From NCBI RefSeq assembly GCF_004010195.1, contig NC_057755.1:10139989-10203988 (forward strand): a stretch of 64,000 bases of DNA. Reading direction: 5' to 3'. The notes below the pieces were generated by a model, which had not been told where the DNA came from, did no database searches, and worked only from the letters and a program-made list of their open reading frames with translations. Origin of the DNA: Chiloscyllium plagiosum. Its lineage: Eukaryota. The stretch's first letter is position 1. Each line of letters begins with the position of its first letter. Positions 38,092-50,583 of this stretch are shown here, in pieces. A program made the translations under genes and the position numbers.

Positions 38092-39011
38092 TCAGTTCTG
38101 ATGATTTATTAATTTAATGCCATTTCTGATCAGAGTAAAAGGAAACTTCAGCAAATCAAGCAGCTGCTGCCTGAACATTCTCTGGGTTGCTGTATAAATT
38201 ACCGTGTTGCTGCAGGAGCTCAGTAACTGAAGCATGACTCCAGCTTCTTGAATTACTGAGAATGGTGTAAATATCCATTTACGCTTAAATGTGCCAGAAA
38301 TCCTATAAAGTATGAAATAAGTGACTGAAGTAATCCAGAGTAGAATGAAACTACAGGATATTGTAAAAATTAAAACTATCGACTTCCTGCGTTTCATGAG
38401 CTCTGGGTCTTTGTCGTTCTTATTGCAGGTTTGATCCCAGAGTCTCCTTCGAGCCTGGCTCGTAAGTAATATACATCTAGCAGTGAGAACATTCAATAAT
38501 AATACCAATAGAAATGGTACTACTGGAGTAATCAGTTGCTCAAGCCAAGAAAATGCTTTCCATCCATTTTGAACATATAGGACTGATGGCACACGGCACC
38601 CCCATTGTTCATTGTGAAGTACAGCAGATGATGTGTACACAAAGGGCCATGGGATGTTTTTTAAGCAGAGCAGCACGGTTAAAGTCATGATAACAACACC
38701 AGCTGTCTTCCTAATGCAATACTTTGTTTTCAGATTCCGACAGCAAATAGCTACAAAGCGATCAAAGGTAAAAGCGACTGTGAACCAGACAGAGCAATCA
38801 ACACTCATGGGAGACAGGTAGAGAACAAGTTTGCAGACTGCAGTGTAGAGCAGGAACGTTTTTCGCCAGTAAATTGCTGCCACACGATACAATATTACGT
38901 TGCACACAATCACCATGAGATCTGCTGTAGACATGGCCAACAGATAGAGAGTGATACATTTAGAGAGATTGTACCTTCCCCGTGACAAGATGCCAATTGT
39001 CAGGAGATTTA
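38092..39011 (-). CDS. GPR139/GPR142-like class A GPCR, exon 2 (end of TM1 to stop)
   Basis: Acceptor tttctttcctaacag|TA; uninterrupted ORF with LAMSTADL, FTFDRFVAIC, FILLW, SSCSNTVIY and six further hydrophobic segments. Confidence 0.95.
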
Positions 39012-42000
39012 CTGTTAGGAAAGAAAAACAGAGTTAAGCCAGAATCACGATTTGACTTTTTAGTTCATATCTGGGCCAGGCCAGTATTTATTAGGGATTG
39101 AAATAATTCCTACTTTGTGGTAAAAGGCACTTCCGACAATCAAGTCAACACTGACCCTTCAAGTCGCATCAGACCAATACCAACACCTGTGTTTTCCATG
39201 GCTAAACGACCTAATCCGAATATTACTGAAAACTATGCGAAATATAGCATAGATAATCCACCTCACATGTACACCATTTGACTGTGGGTGAAAAACGAAG
39301 CATCTGGAGGAAATCCATGCAGACACACGGAGAACGTGCAAACGCCACACATTCACCCGAATTTAGAATCAAATCCATGTACCTGGAATTGTGAAGCACA
39401 GTGCAAATCAATAAAACACCATGTTTTCCTTCACCTTTGATCCACTGTACCATCCTTAACCACTGAGGCAATCTGCCACCGTTCTCAATCTGTAATTATC
39501 CTGCGGGCAAATAAGAGTCAACCACAAAACTGTTGGTCTGTAGACGTATGTATGAGACCAAGCGACCATACAAAATAGGAACAGAATTCTGCTATTTTTT
39601 CTCTTGATCCTGCTCCACCATGCAAAATGGCCGTGGCTGATTCAGCACTCCTCAAATCCACTGCTGTTTTATTTCTCCACAGCCCTTAAGTCACCGAGGG
39701 ATGAAGAATCTAACTATCTCAGCCTTAAATACAGGCAAGAATTCAGTTCTCACTGCTCTCTGTAGCAGGAAGTTCAAACACCAAAAAATCCTTTCAGAGA
39801 AGTTCCTCCAGATATTCGTGTTAAATTGGTACTCCTTTAATTTGGGACAATGCCCTCTCATTCTACACTCTACAATGAAGGGGAAAATACCTTTTCTTCC
39901 TCAGGATGCTAAAGAAATTTAGCATGTCCACAAGGACCCTCAATAACTTTTATAAATGCACCATAGAAAGCATTCATTCAGGGTGCATCACTGTTTGTTA
40001 CAGGTACTGCTCTGCACAGGGCCATAAGAAGCTGCACAGAGATGTGAATGCAACCCAGGCAATCACCTAAGCTAACCTCTCACCCATTCACTGCATCTAC
40101 ACTCTTCATTGCCACGGAAAAGCACCAACAGCATCTAGACCGCTCCCACCCTGGTTGTAATCTCTTCCAACCTCTTCTGCCAGGCTGAAAATATAGATTC
40201 TTAAACAGAAATGTCAGCTATTTCAAAAACGGCTTCTTCCCCTTGGTTTTGAGACTGCTGAATGGACCTTTTAAAATTTCAAATCTAAATTTGATCTTGT
40301 TTTTTTGTACAGCTGCTGTGCACATGTGACTGTGCATGCCTCATTCTGTTCAATCACCCCACCTCTATGTTCATATGTGTTTTGATCTGTCTGTACTTCA
40401 TGGAAAACAAAACTCTATCCTGTAATCCTTACACATGACAACACTAAATCAAATCAGATAAACCAAATCAAACATGCCTTTAGCTTTGACCCTTTCAAGT
40501 TACTTAAGAATTCTGTTATTTCAATGAGATCACCTCTCATTTTCTTAACTCCAGCGAGTAGAGTCCCAGCCTGTTCAGCCTTTGGAATTGGATATCTGTC
40601 CCACATTGGGGATCATCATGGCGAACATTCTCTTAACTGCCACGAATATATATCTTAGATAATGGGATCAAACTATATCATGCGACTCAGACGCAGTGTA
40701 CCCAAACTACGTAAATACGTTGCAGTAAGACTCTTCTACTCTATAATTCTGTCGGCTAGACCAATTAAAGACCAACAACTGCCCTTCACTGGAATGCATG
40801 ACGCCATCAGGTTGGATTTTGCAGAGATTGACATTGGATAAATGTGTACTGTTCAACTAACTTCTCTTTGATTTCAATATTCACTACCTGACATGATGCA
40901 AAACATTTCTCCAGAAATTACCCCTGGTCGTCTGGGTTATTCCTTCCAAGTTACATCATCACTGCGCTACTGACTGGAATTAGACTGATCTCTCTCATAT
41001 ATTTCAGCCTAAACCATCATTCTGCTTTGCTGAGGATTCGATTCACTGAGGTGTGATGGGCTGCAATCAACATCAATATGTGGAAGATTTTTTTTGTTTT
41101 ACCTATGCACCCTGCAATTGAAATAAATATGAAAAGACTAATCTCAAGTCCTCACTGAGAAATATATTGCTTTGTTTTTACTTTCACCAGTTTGAAAATC
41201 AACCCAGGTATCCCTAAAAGAATGGATAAAAATGTACAATTTGCAATTAACAGAATCGTTTGAAAGGTCTGGCGAGTTTATTTCTTATGTACAACTCCAG
41301 TAATGTTTTGACAAGAAATCTGAAAGTAATATTTACTGTACATCATTTCTGGCTTTTACTTGTGCCTCATTTCCTTAAATCACAGAGAAAATTGAATAAT
41401 TTTCTTGAGAATTTCAATAAACTGGTCGAGGAGTGTCATGTCACACCTGGGGACCTTGTTGCACTCAAAAGCAGGTTGCCGAAATCAGATACAGGGAGTA
41501 TACCACTGCGTCACAAGAACACCAGCGAAATGCAGGATTCCCAGTTAAAATGACTTTCGAAAGTTAGTTCACACATTGACATCATTCTCTGCTACTTTGT
41601 TTAATACCATAGCATCAGTACAAGCCCTCTCTGGGACCTGTCAGGGCATAATGTCAGGAATTGCTTTGTTGCTTCTCTTTGATTACTATTCCATATTGTT
41701 TGACTTTTTTACTTAATTAAATCTTGTTTTTATGAGGCATCTGGCAGGCAGACCGCTTCTGTTTCTCACTGACACCTTTTAAGTTCATGAACAAAACAAT
41801 AATTCGGCATCACTCTCACTTCCTTTAATTCATTGACTACATCGCCATGACCTAGTTACAAATTGCTCCTGAACACCTTGTTCTTCATGAGTTTGTTTTC
41901 TAAATTTCTTGTTTTGGAGCTTGACATATCTCATTTCAATCTTTTTCACTCTGCTTTTGGTGCTCCTTTCAATGTTTACTGCTAACTTTATATTTTCCCT

Positions 42001-42394
42001 CAGTGTTTCGTATGCCTCTGTTTTAGCAAGGAGCTATATAGATTTTTGGTCGAATTGAATTGTTTACGATCACCCCCACTGACCTACTGTCATTTTTGAC
42101 ATCAGAATCTCAGCTAGTTTATTTTTACACAGACTGTCTCGGTCGCTTCTCTCTGATACCATTAAGGACAAGTAAAGGCAATGATCAATTATCAACCGTG
42201 ATTCTATTGTATGGCAGATCATATTCCAGGGACTGAAATTCCTTAAATGGGTTAGGACATATAGGAACGCTGAGGTTTTAATCTAAATTTCAAAAAAAAA
42301 GCAATGAGAGACATGATAAAACATAAGATACAGTGAGATTGAATGAAGACACTACTGACAGCAAAATATATCACAGGTCAATCCTGGAATTTAA

Positions 42395-42815
42395 AACAAA
42401 GACCTTTTGGACCATTGAGTGTACTCCAATCCAAAATAACCAACTATCTGTTCAAACTCATTCCACAGCAGTTGGCTCATAGGATTGGAAATGCAAGTGC
42501 ACATTAAAACACTTATTCAATATAATGAGGGTTTTAGGCTCTACCATCCTGACAGGCATGCGTTCCACATTCCCAAAACCCTATGAGTGGAAGAGATTTC
42601 CCTCCCATTTCCTCCAAAACTTGTGACACTTACCTCTCATCGATGTCCCTGGTCATTTATCCCTTTATCAAGAGGAATTACTACTTCCTGTCTCTCCTGC
42701 CTCTTAATTTTTACATTTCAGTCCTGTCCCCTCTCAGTCTCCTTAGCTCGAAGGAAAATAATTCCAGTCTGTTCAACCTTTCTTCGTAACTGAAACTCTC
42801 CAGCTCAGACAACAT
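42395..42815 (-). mobile_element. Old CR1 3' fragment
   Basis: Degenerate 3' UTR and ORF2 end. Confidence 0.6.
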
Positions 42816-43661
42816 CCGGGAGCAGGTGAGATGGAAACACATGTAATAATGTGCATGGGAAAGACCCGAATATTATCACAAGGAGCAGGATGGTACTCCA
42901 GAGAAACGCAGTAGTACTGCTCGTAACAGCAAAGAGAAATGCAGCAGGACAAACCTGAACACCGAGAATCAATGCAGAGTAGAACAGCAAGCATAAACGT
43001 TTCAGGTAAGCCAGTTATGAAGGATAAAATTGAGTAGAATAAATAAAAATAGTTAAAATGGAGAAATAAATTATGACATTATCAAGGGTCACACAAGCTG
43101 GAAAGAAAGTATCACTGTTGATGAAAGTTATTGAAGGAGAACACAGCACCAGCAATAAAATGAAGAATAAGTGAGAATTATCAAGTAGAAAACGAGGAAG
43201 GAGGGAAGACAATTCCAAAGAAGGGGGGGAGAAGAAATTAAAAGAAAGATCATGGCAAGATGAGTACCGATGACCAAAAGAACATGAGGAAATCTAACAC
43301 CACACACAGCAATAGCAGGAGAAAGTAAGGGCGGAAGAGAGACAGAAAGAGAGAGGGTGAAAAAAAAGGGAAAAATAAAGAGAGAGGCAGAGACTGAGAT
43401 AGAATGAGACACTGGAGAGAACAACCCAGAGGATGTTCTCTAGGGCAGAAAAGCAAAACATTTTTAAAAATCTGGAAAGAATTGAAGCCAACAATAAAGG
43501 TGCAATGAAGTTTAAAAAAAGCTGAAACTGAATAAGAGCTTATGTGAAACGAAAAAAAGTAAATGCAATGAATTTGTAATACTTACCAATCCAGAAAGAT
43601 AAAGAGTAACACAAAGTTGGAATGGTCTATTTCATAAACAATACATCTGGAAATGTCTTAC

Positions 43662-43734
43662 CAGGTACTCCAATTGCTGCCAGAACAGGATAGAATACAA
43701 CTTCTATCAAATACATCTTATAGCCAAACAACAT
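43662..43734 (-). CDS. GPR139/GPR142-like GPCR, exon 1 (not in the ORF track)
   Basis: ATG..MLFGYKMYLIEVVFYPVLAAIGVP G|gtaag; phase-1 splice gives IGVPVNLLTIGILSRG; total 330 aa. Confidence 0.92.
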
Positions 43735-43794
43735 ATTTCCGAAAGTGAATTACTCTTTCGCTTCAAGAGTTCAATGACACAAATGTCGATTCAT

Positions 43795-43832
43795 TTCTTA
43801 TATTGTGAAAACTCCCAGGTGATTGCATTAGC
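43795..43832 (-). promoter_or_regulatory. Candidate proximal promoter of the GPCR
   Basis: gctaatgcaatcacctgggagttttcacaatataaga: TATA-like element ~65 nt before the ATG, preceded by TAAT, E-box and O/E-like motifs. Confidence 0.4.
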
Positions 43833-44642
43833 ACTGTGCGTCGGTACAGCTCCTTGAATAAGCGACGTAATACCCTTGATTTCTTATTATTCAATTCACT
43901 GCTTAGTGTAGTCAAATGTTCAGTTAAGGAAAGTTGTTGTTATTGACAGAGGTGGTAAGTTATCTATACACTTTATTCCAAGGTGGTAAGTTACCTGTAC
44001 ACTTTATGCAGTCACTCACTTCAGATGATGTCTACTGCTTAGGTTAATAATGACAGGAGGGGGTTGGATGTATTTGATTTACTTATTGTCACATGCACAG
44101 ATATTGAGAGGAAAGTGTTGCTTTGCCTGGTATAAAGTGTTATGGTCCGGCACAAACCCCCTCAAATATATTAAGACGATAGCCTTGACCCCCACTATAA
44201 ACTTATTTTAAAAGCAAGTGCCCCCATTCATTGTGTTCCAGATGCGAATTTATTGATCAAGTCTCCTGATTTGATTAAAAGCATACTTTATTCGTACACT
44301 ATCATAAAATATGACTAAAACAAGAATTTGAATAAATTAACTCAAATGGAAAGCTTAACAGAGTATTAGGTTATTTGTATTGTATTGGGTCGCCATGGTC
44401 TTAGCAGAACAGAAGGCTGCTCTTTCATTGGCGAGAAGGGGAAATTGATGATTTAACCTGAGGGCCACTAGACCTCAGATAAGGGAGGAGAGGTTGAAAC
44501 TGAGAACCCTTCTTTACAACTTCAAACTAGCGATGTGATTCGAACCCGTTGGTAGCATTATGCTACTTTGCGAAACAACAACCTAGCTAACTGAACCAAA
44601 CGGAGGCTCAACGTGTTGAATGTTGCATTAATAAGTTGCTGG

Positions 44643-44673
<31 letters not shown>

Positions 44674-44704
44674 GGAGAGAGAGAGAGAGAAAGCGAGAGA
44701 GAGG
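44643..44704. repeat. (CA)n(GA)n compound microsatellite
   Basis: Direct inspection. Confidence 0.9.
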
Positions 44705-46182
44705 CTGGAACAGTGTGGAGAAACTAAAATTAAAATCCTCGTTCTTGAGAAGCTTGACCCCACCAATTCAAGCAACTTCAAAATGTCACTTCCATCCCAT
44801 GACATCACAAACTGTTTAATTTGTTGCATTCAAATAGGTCTGTCACCTCTGTCTCAAAATCTCGCTTTAATAAAACAAGTACAAAATAAACATCTCAAAA
44901 CCATAGAATTTTCACATCTTTCTTCTGAAATGAATATGATAAATGAATATAAAAAGTAGGTCAATTTTAAAAATAATTTACTCTTATGACTTTGCAAACG
45001 TGCTTTATATACATTGACTCTAAGCTTGCAAACATACACCACTATAATTAATTTCAATCCATTTTCCATACGATGAACGGTATCCTTCTTCTTTCATCAA
45101 AGTCACCACACCACAATCACATTATCTCATCCTGCACTTGTATAACTTTTAATTGAATGGCTGCAATAATAAGCTGCATCTGAACAGTCTGGATTTTAAT
45201 CATTTTTTCCCAAAACATTTAAGGGATTGTGATCATGTTATGGCTAATGATAAAACTCTTCAAAACATTTGGAAAAGAAAGCCTAGACCATACATATTTT
45301 GCTGTTCTAAGCAGATATGCAGAGGATATTTCAAGAGTAGTGCCGCTGCCAAAATACAACGTTTTTAAATAAAAAGACCAGAATTTATTAAAAACAGATA
45401 AACAGAAAAAAATAGAATAGTATGATTATTTCAAAACCCAACCAACACGAAAACGCAACTAAATGATGCTTTCAAATACCTTAAAAAAACTTGGCAAAAA
45501 GGTAAATTCATACAAAGTTCTTACAGGAATGATGTCAGAGAGAGAAAGGATCAGTATGGAACTGCTTCTTTGGGTCCAGCAGATTCTCTGGGTTCCCAGA
45601 TATAAAGTGACAAATAGCTGCAAATAAAACAGCCTGATAAAACCAAACCAAACAGAACCTTTAACTGGGAGAACTGGCCACTTCCCTTTCATTATTCAAA
45701 TGTACAAAAACACACACTTGAAACCTTTCTCAAGTACATTCTTCCAGACATATCTGAATCTCTGCTTTTCCGACTTATCTGGAAAAAAATGGCAACATAT
45801 CCTTGTCAAATGTCAGCATCGTCACAATGAGCAGACATAAACATGTTAGACGCATTCTTGAATATATAGTTGTTGACATGCTGGAGCTCAATGTTTCCAT
45901 CTCAGTCATTGAATACTTCTCATGATCATTCACTTTTCGAGTAAAATACCCAATTGGTTTATTTTCTCTTCTTGTCGCCTTCTTGCAAGTGTGCAGCAAT
46001 GACACCTACATGACTCATAACGATAGACAACTTGAATAGCTTTGAGTAATTAGATGTGGCTAACACGGGGATAGTGATTAAAACAGATTACAAGCTATCA
46101 AATGCTATCTGACATTCTTCCATCCACTACAAATTTCTGCGCTTCAACAAGTCATTCGGTGAAGCAGCCATCTGCTGGTGTT

Positions 46183-46315
46183 CAGAGCTGAAACGCGTGG
46201 CGCTGGAAAAGCACAGCAATTGGACAGAATCCAAACAGTACGAGAGTCGATGTTTCGGGCATAAGTCCTTCATCATTAATGTTGATGGACAGCGGGGTAG
46301 AGAGATAAATTGGGA
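46183..46315 (-). mobile_element. Penelope-like terminal fragment with decayed hammerhead motif
   Basis: atgatgaaggacttatgcccgaaacatcga on the minus strand. Confidence 0.7.
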
Positions 46316-49300
46316 ACTCCTATCATTAAGGCACCATCCCCATGGATCAAGTACGAATTTCAGGGTTTTCATCTGCCACCTACTTTATCTAATGCTTTGC
46401 GTTCTTCAGTTCCTGTTTCGCTAACTCACCTATCTGATTTCATCCTTCTCTCAACTCTGATACATAATCCAAGAGTAAGATCTCCGACTTCGGTCCTCTC
46501 AACTTCTAGTCAATTAATTTCAAAGGCCCTCTCACTTCATGATTGAATTTAACTGAAAGTGAGTAAACTGAGGAGATTAGGTTGGAGTATCTCGAATTGC
46601 AAACAATACTAATGGGATACCTTTATCCCAATCATCCGGGTATGCTCTCAACATGGTCTCCAAGGCCTGATGCCATGTTGGCAAAGCTCCCTATGATTTA
46701 GGATGATATGCACTTGATTTAAAGTTCTGTGTGCATAAGTATGCATGACTTCCTCAAAGAGCCTAGCAGTAAATTTTGAACCTTCGTCTGCTTGGATCTC
46801 GCTGGGTAGCGCATCAAGAGTGAAGAAAGTTATTAACTCTTCCAACATCTTTTTATACTCGGTAAAGCTATTGCCTCTGGAAATCTGGTAGACACATTAG
46901 CAAGAACTGGTTCCCACTTTTAGTTTTAGGAAGGGGATATACACAATTAATCATAACTTGCAAGAAATGTTCGTCAAATGCTGGAATTGGTTAAAAAAAA
47001 GTCATGGTTTTATTCCTCCTCGTGGCATGTGTGACATGTGACAAAACCACTTCATTATATGTTCCAGGCCAATCAAAATCGACCTCCTACAGTTCGTTCA
47101 TATGAAACACATAACAATTCATTTCTGTATGCTACAATCTGCTGCACTTCTGCCCATTTTTCCTCTGCACTAAACAGTCGTAGTCACGAGTTTTTTCTTT
47201 GGATTCTGTATTTATGATAATGAACCTCAGGAATATCTCTGTCTTTAATTTCAGAGTGTGCATCAACATATATACATATATTTTATTGTCTCAACGTTAT
47301 GTTGTAAGCCCATGAGCCTTTCAGGAGTAGACGCTTCTGCCAGACCCTCTGCCTGTTCAGGGTTGTCCTTGCACCATTACGTCAAACAGGCTGTCTTCAA
47401 ACTGAACCTCCACTCCTCCATCTTTCTGTTTAATGTTTCCTTCGTGCTCTGATTTATGATAGTGGGATCTTGTTACTACAAAGTCTGCAAAAATTCCTGG
47501 GTACTTTTATTTTAACTCCATCGTTCCCTGGTTTTCCTTTGGCTTCTCCACAACAAGAGGTGCCACCCCACCTTGACGCCTGCTAAAACATTCCAGGATC
47601 TAACACTCTGTCAATCATTCTCACTATTACTTCCACAGTCTTGGGTTCGCACTCCAGCTTGACCTTCCACAGGGCACCGCTACATTTATGTCTATATAGA
47701 ACCCAAATTGCTACTCTCTCGGGTAACAGGTCAAAAAGAGCGCAAATGTGTTCTTCTTTAACCATTGGAGACTGATTAGATACTGAATCTCTCAAAATTA
47801 AAGCTTGTTTTCGCTTTCCCCGCTGTTCTTTCTGAATAAAGTTTATGCACAGTGGCAAAGTCTTTATTGAATTCTAGGTAATAACTCCATACCCAGCCCT
47901 TGCCGAAGTTGTGCACTCTCCTGCAGCTGCTTGGCTCTTTTTTGGGTTTCCTTTATTACTTTCACTAATGCCACTGGCTTAGCCTCTTTTACCATTTTTT
48001 TTTCCAAAGTGCCTTTCTTCAACGACCAGCACTGTGACTTTACATGTCTCACTTTCTAGCTGTTTAAACCCCTTTTTCCTGTGCCCTTCTTAAAGCGCTG
48101 GCACTGTAATTTTCTGTGTCGCATGCCATTATAGTAAAAAACACTTGAAGCCTTTCATTTCTTTCCACCCTCTTGGGCTTCTGTTTTAACCTGTAGTAAA
48201 CTATTACCAGTGTGCTCTACTCCTTGTTTTATACTGTAGGATTGCCTCTTCTACCAAAATCTATCCCTCACAGTGTGAACTTCTTGATGGAAGCTGAATA
48301 CTGCCTTGTGCACTAATGCATATTCATCTGCCACCTCTGCCACTCTTCTCCCTACTGAGTTTTCTGTTCGAACACATATATTCTTCTCATCTCTGCAGAA
48401 TAATCACTCTAAGAGACCGATCGGTCTTACTTATTTTTAAGGCACCCATTTATGAAAATCATTGTGTTTAATTTTTTTCCAAATCAACGAAAGTCTGACC
48501 TGGTTCCTTCCTTATGTATCTGACCCACTGTCTATACAATTCTGGTACCAATTCATGAGCACCCAAAGTAGCCTGTTTGATATCTTCATAATCTGTTGAC
48601 CCCTCAGCTGAGAGCGCTGCAAATACCTCACGAGCTGTGCTTACCAGCTTAGTAGGAACTGGCATTATCCACAAGTTCCCTGACCCCACCATCTGCATTA
48701 CCATTTTTCAAAAGAAATAAAGAGGCTTCAACATCCTTCTCATCCAAATGTGACAATGTTTTAACATATTTGCATATATCATTACCTTTTCTTTTTATCT
48801 CCATCCTGTCAACCTGACTTTCTGACTAATTCGCAACTCCTGACGTTAAAATCCTCTCTATCTTTCTTCTTTCCCTCTTTGCTCTGCTAAGACACTTCTC
48901 TTTCATTTTCCTTTAACATGGCTCTTCTTTTCTTTGCTTTATCTTCTAACTTTATTTTTCATCAATTGTAGTTTAAAATTTTCTAACTTTACAGCACCTG
49001 TCTGTTTCTCTGACACGCCTACCAGCTTGACTAACTCCCTTACAAGGTCAGTTTTACCTTTTTCCTCGGTTAAACCCAATACTAACCTCTTTGCTAATTG
49101 TAACGGTATGGCTGTTTTCTATCTCCTAAAATGTCTTAGCAAATTTGGGAATCAGATTCAACCCTTAGAACGTCTTTAGTAATCTTACGATCCATTTATA
49201 TCCTTTTAATTGAACCAACTGAAAATAACCAAAATTAAACAAATTGTCCCATCTACACTTCTTTTTTAAAAGATTTCAGACACCAATCGGCAAGTGTTTA

Positions 49301-50083
49301 AATCTACTGGGATCTTCATACCCGAAATCTGTTCAGTCCTGTCCAAATCTCAGACTGGGTCGGTGTAAATCTGTCCAAATCACGGACCTGAAGCCTCAAC
49401 CAGTTACAACATGGGAGTGAACCCTTCAGCACATTAAAGACAAAACCCAGAAAAGCTCACCTCACCTCGTAATCTGTTAAAGAATGAGTAGCAGAGAACT
49501 CCCAATTTACGCAATTTAAATAAAGGGTATCAATTCGTTTTTTAACTCTAAATGTGAACATGAAGCAACAACTTTATGCAACTCTAAGGCCCGTTGCTCT
49601 TCGAGGTTTGTTATCTATCTCCAACTCTATAGCAACGTACTGGTCGAATAAAAGCCTGTATTAAAATCACATTATTTTAATTTCAAAATCATACAGCTAC
49701 TGAGGTCTATCTTCTTTCAGGTGATGATCTCCCTGGGTCTTATTTGGTCGTTTGCTGATATAAAAGGAACCTTGTTCGAGACTGATTTGAATGGATCTCT
49801 CTCTCTCTCTCAATAAAGGTTTAATCTCGACGGCAGTTTACTCAATAACTTTCAAAGTGTCTGCTTCTTTATATCCCCTATCAATGGATCGTCTCATTGG
49901 TTCTAGATTGGCAAAAACAACAAATTCAATTTTCATTGTGTCTTCGTGTCCGGGGGCATAATTTAAACAGTTTGGTTAAATTTGAATGTTTTCCAAAACA
50001 ACAACTAAAACTTAGGTATTTGTTTCATAACCAAATGTTACATATTTTCAATTTTCCAGTAGACTCTGAGAATGGACGTCAGT

Positions 50084-50583
50084 NNNNNNNNNNNNNNNNN
50101 NNNNNNNNNNNNNNNNNNNNNNNNNNNNNNNNNNNNNNNNNNNNNNNNNNNNNNNNNNNNNNNNNNNNNNNNNNNNNNNNNNNNNNNNNNNNNNNNNNNN
50201 NNNNNNNNNNNNNNNNNNNNNNNNNNNNNNNNNNNNNNNNNNNNNNNNNNNNNNNNNNNNNNNNNNNNNNNNNNNNNNNNNNNNNNNNNNNNNNNNNNNN
50301 NNNNNNNNNNNNNNNNNNNNNNNNNNNNNNNNNNNNNNNNNNNNNNNNNNNNNNNNNNNNNNNNNNNNNNNNNNNNNNNNNNNNNNNNNNNNNNNNNNNN
50401 NNNNNNNNNNNNNNNNNNNNNNNNNNNNNNNNNNNNNNNNNNNNNNNNNNNNNNNNNNNNNNNNNNNNNNNNNNNNNNNNNNNNNNNNNNNNNNNNNNNN
50501 NNNNNNNNNNNNNNNNNNNNNNNNNNNNNNNNNNNNNNNNNNNNNNNNNNNNNNNNNNNNNNNNNNNNNNNNNNNNNNNNNNN
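50084..50583. other. Assembly gap (500 N)
   Basis: Run of N flanked by an 89-bp direct repeat. Confidence 1.

Noticed and set aside
43015..43494. Hydrophobic ORFs resembling membrane proteins
   Set aside because: Translation artefact of a pyrimidine-rich low-complexity intron.
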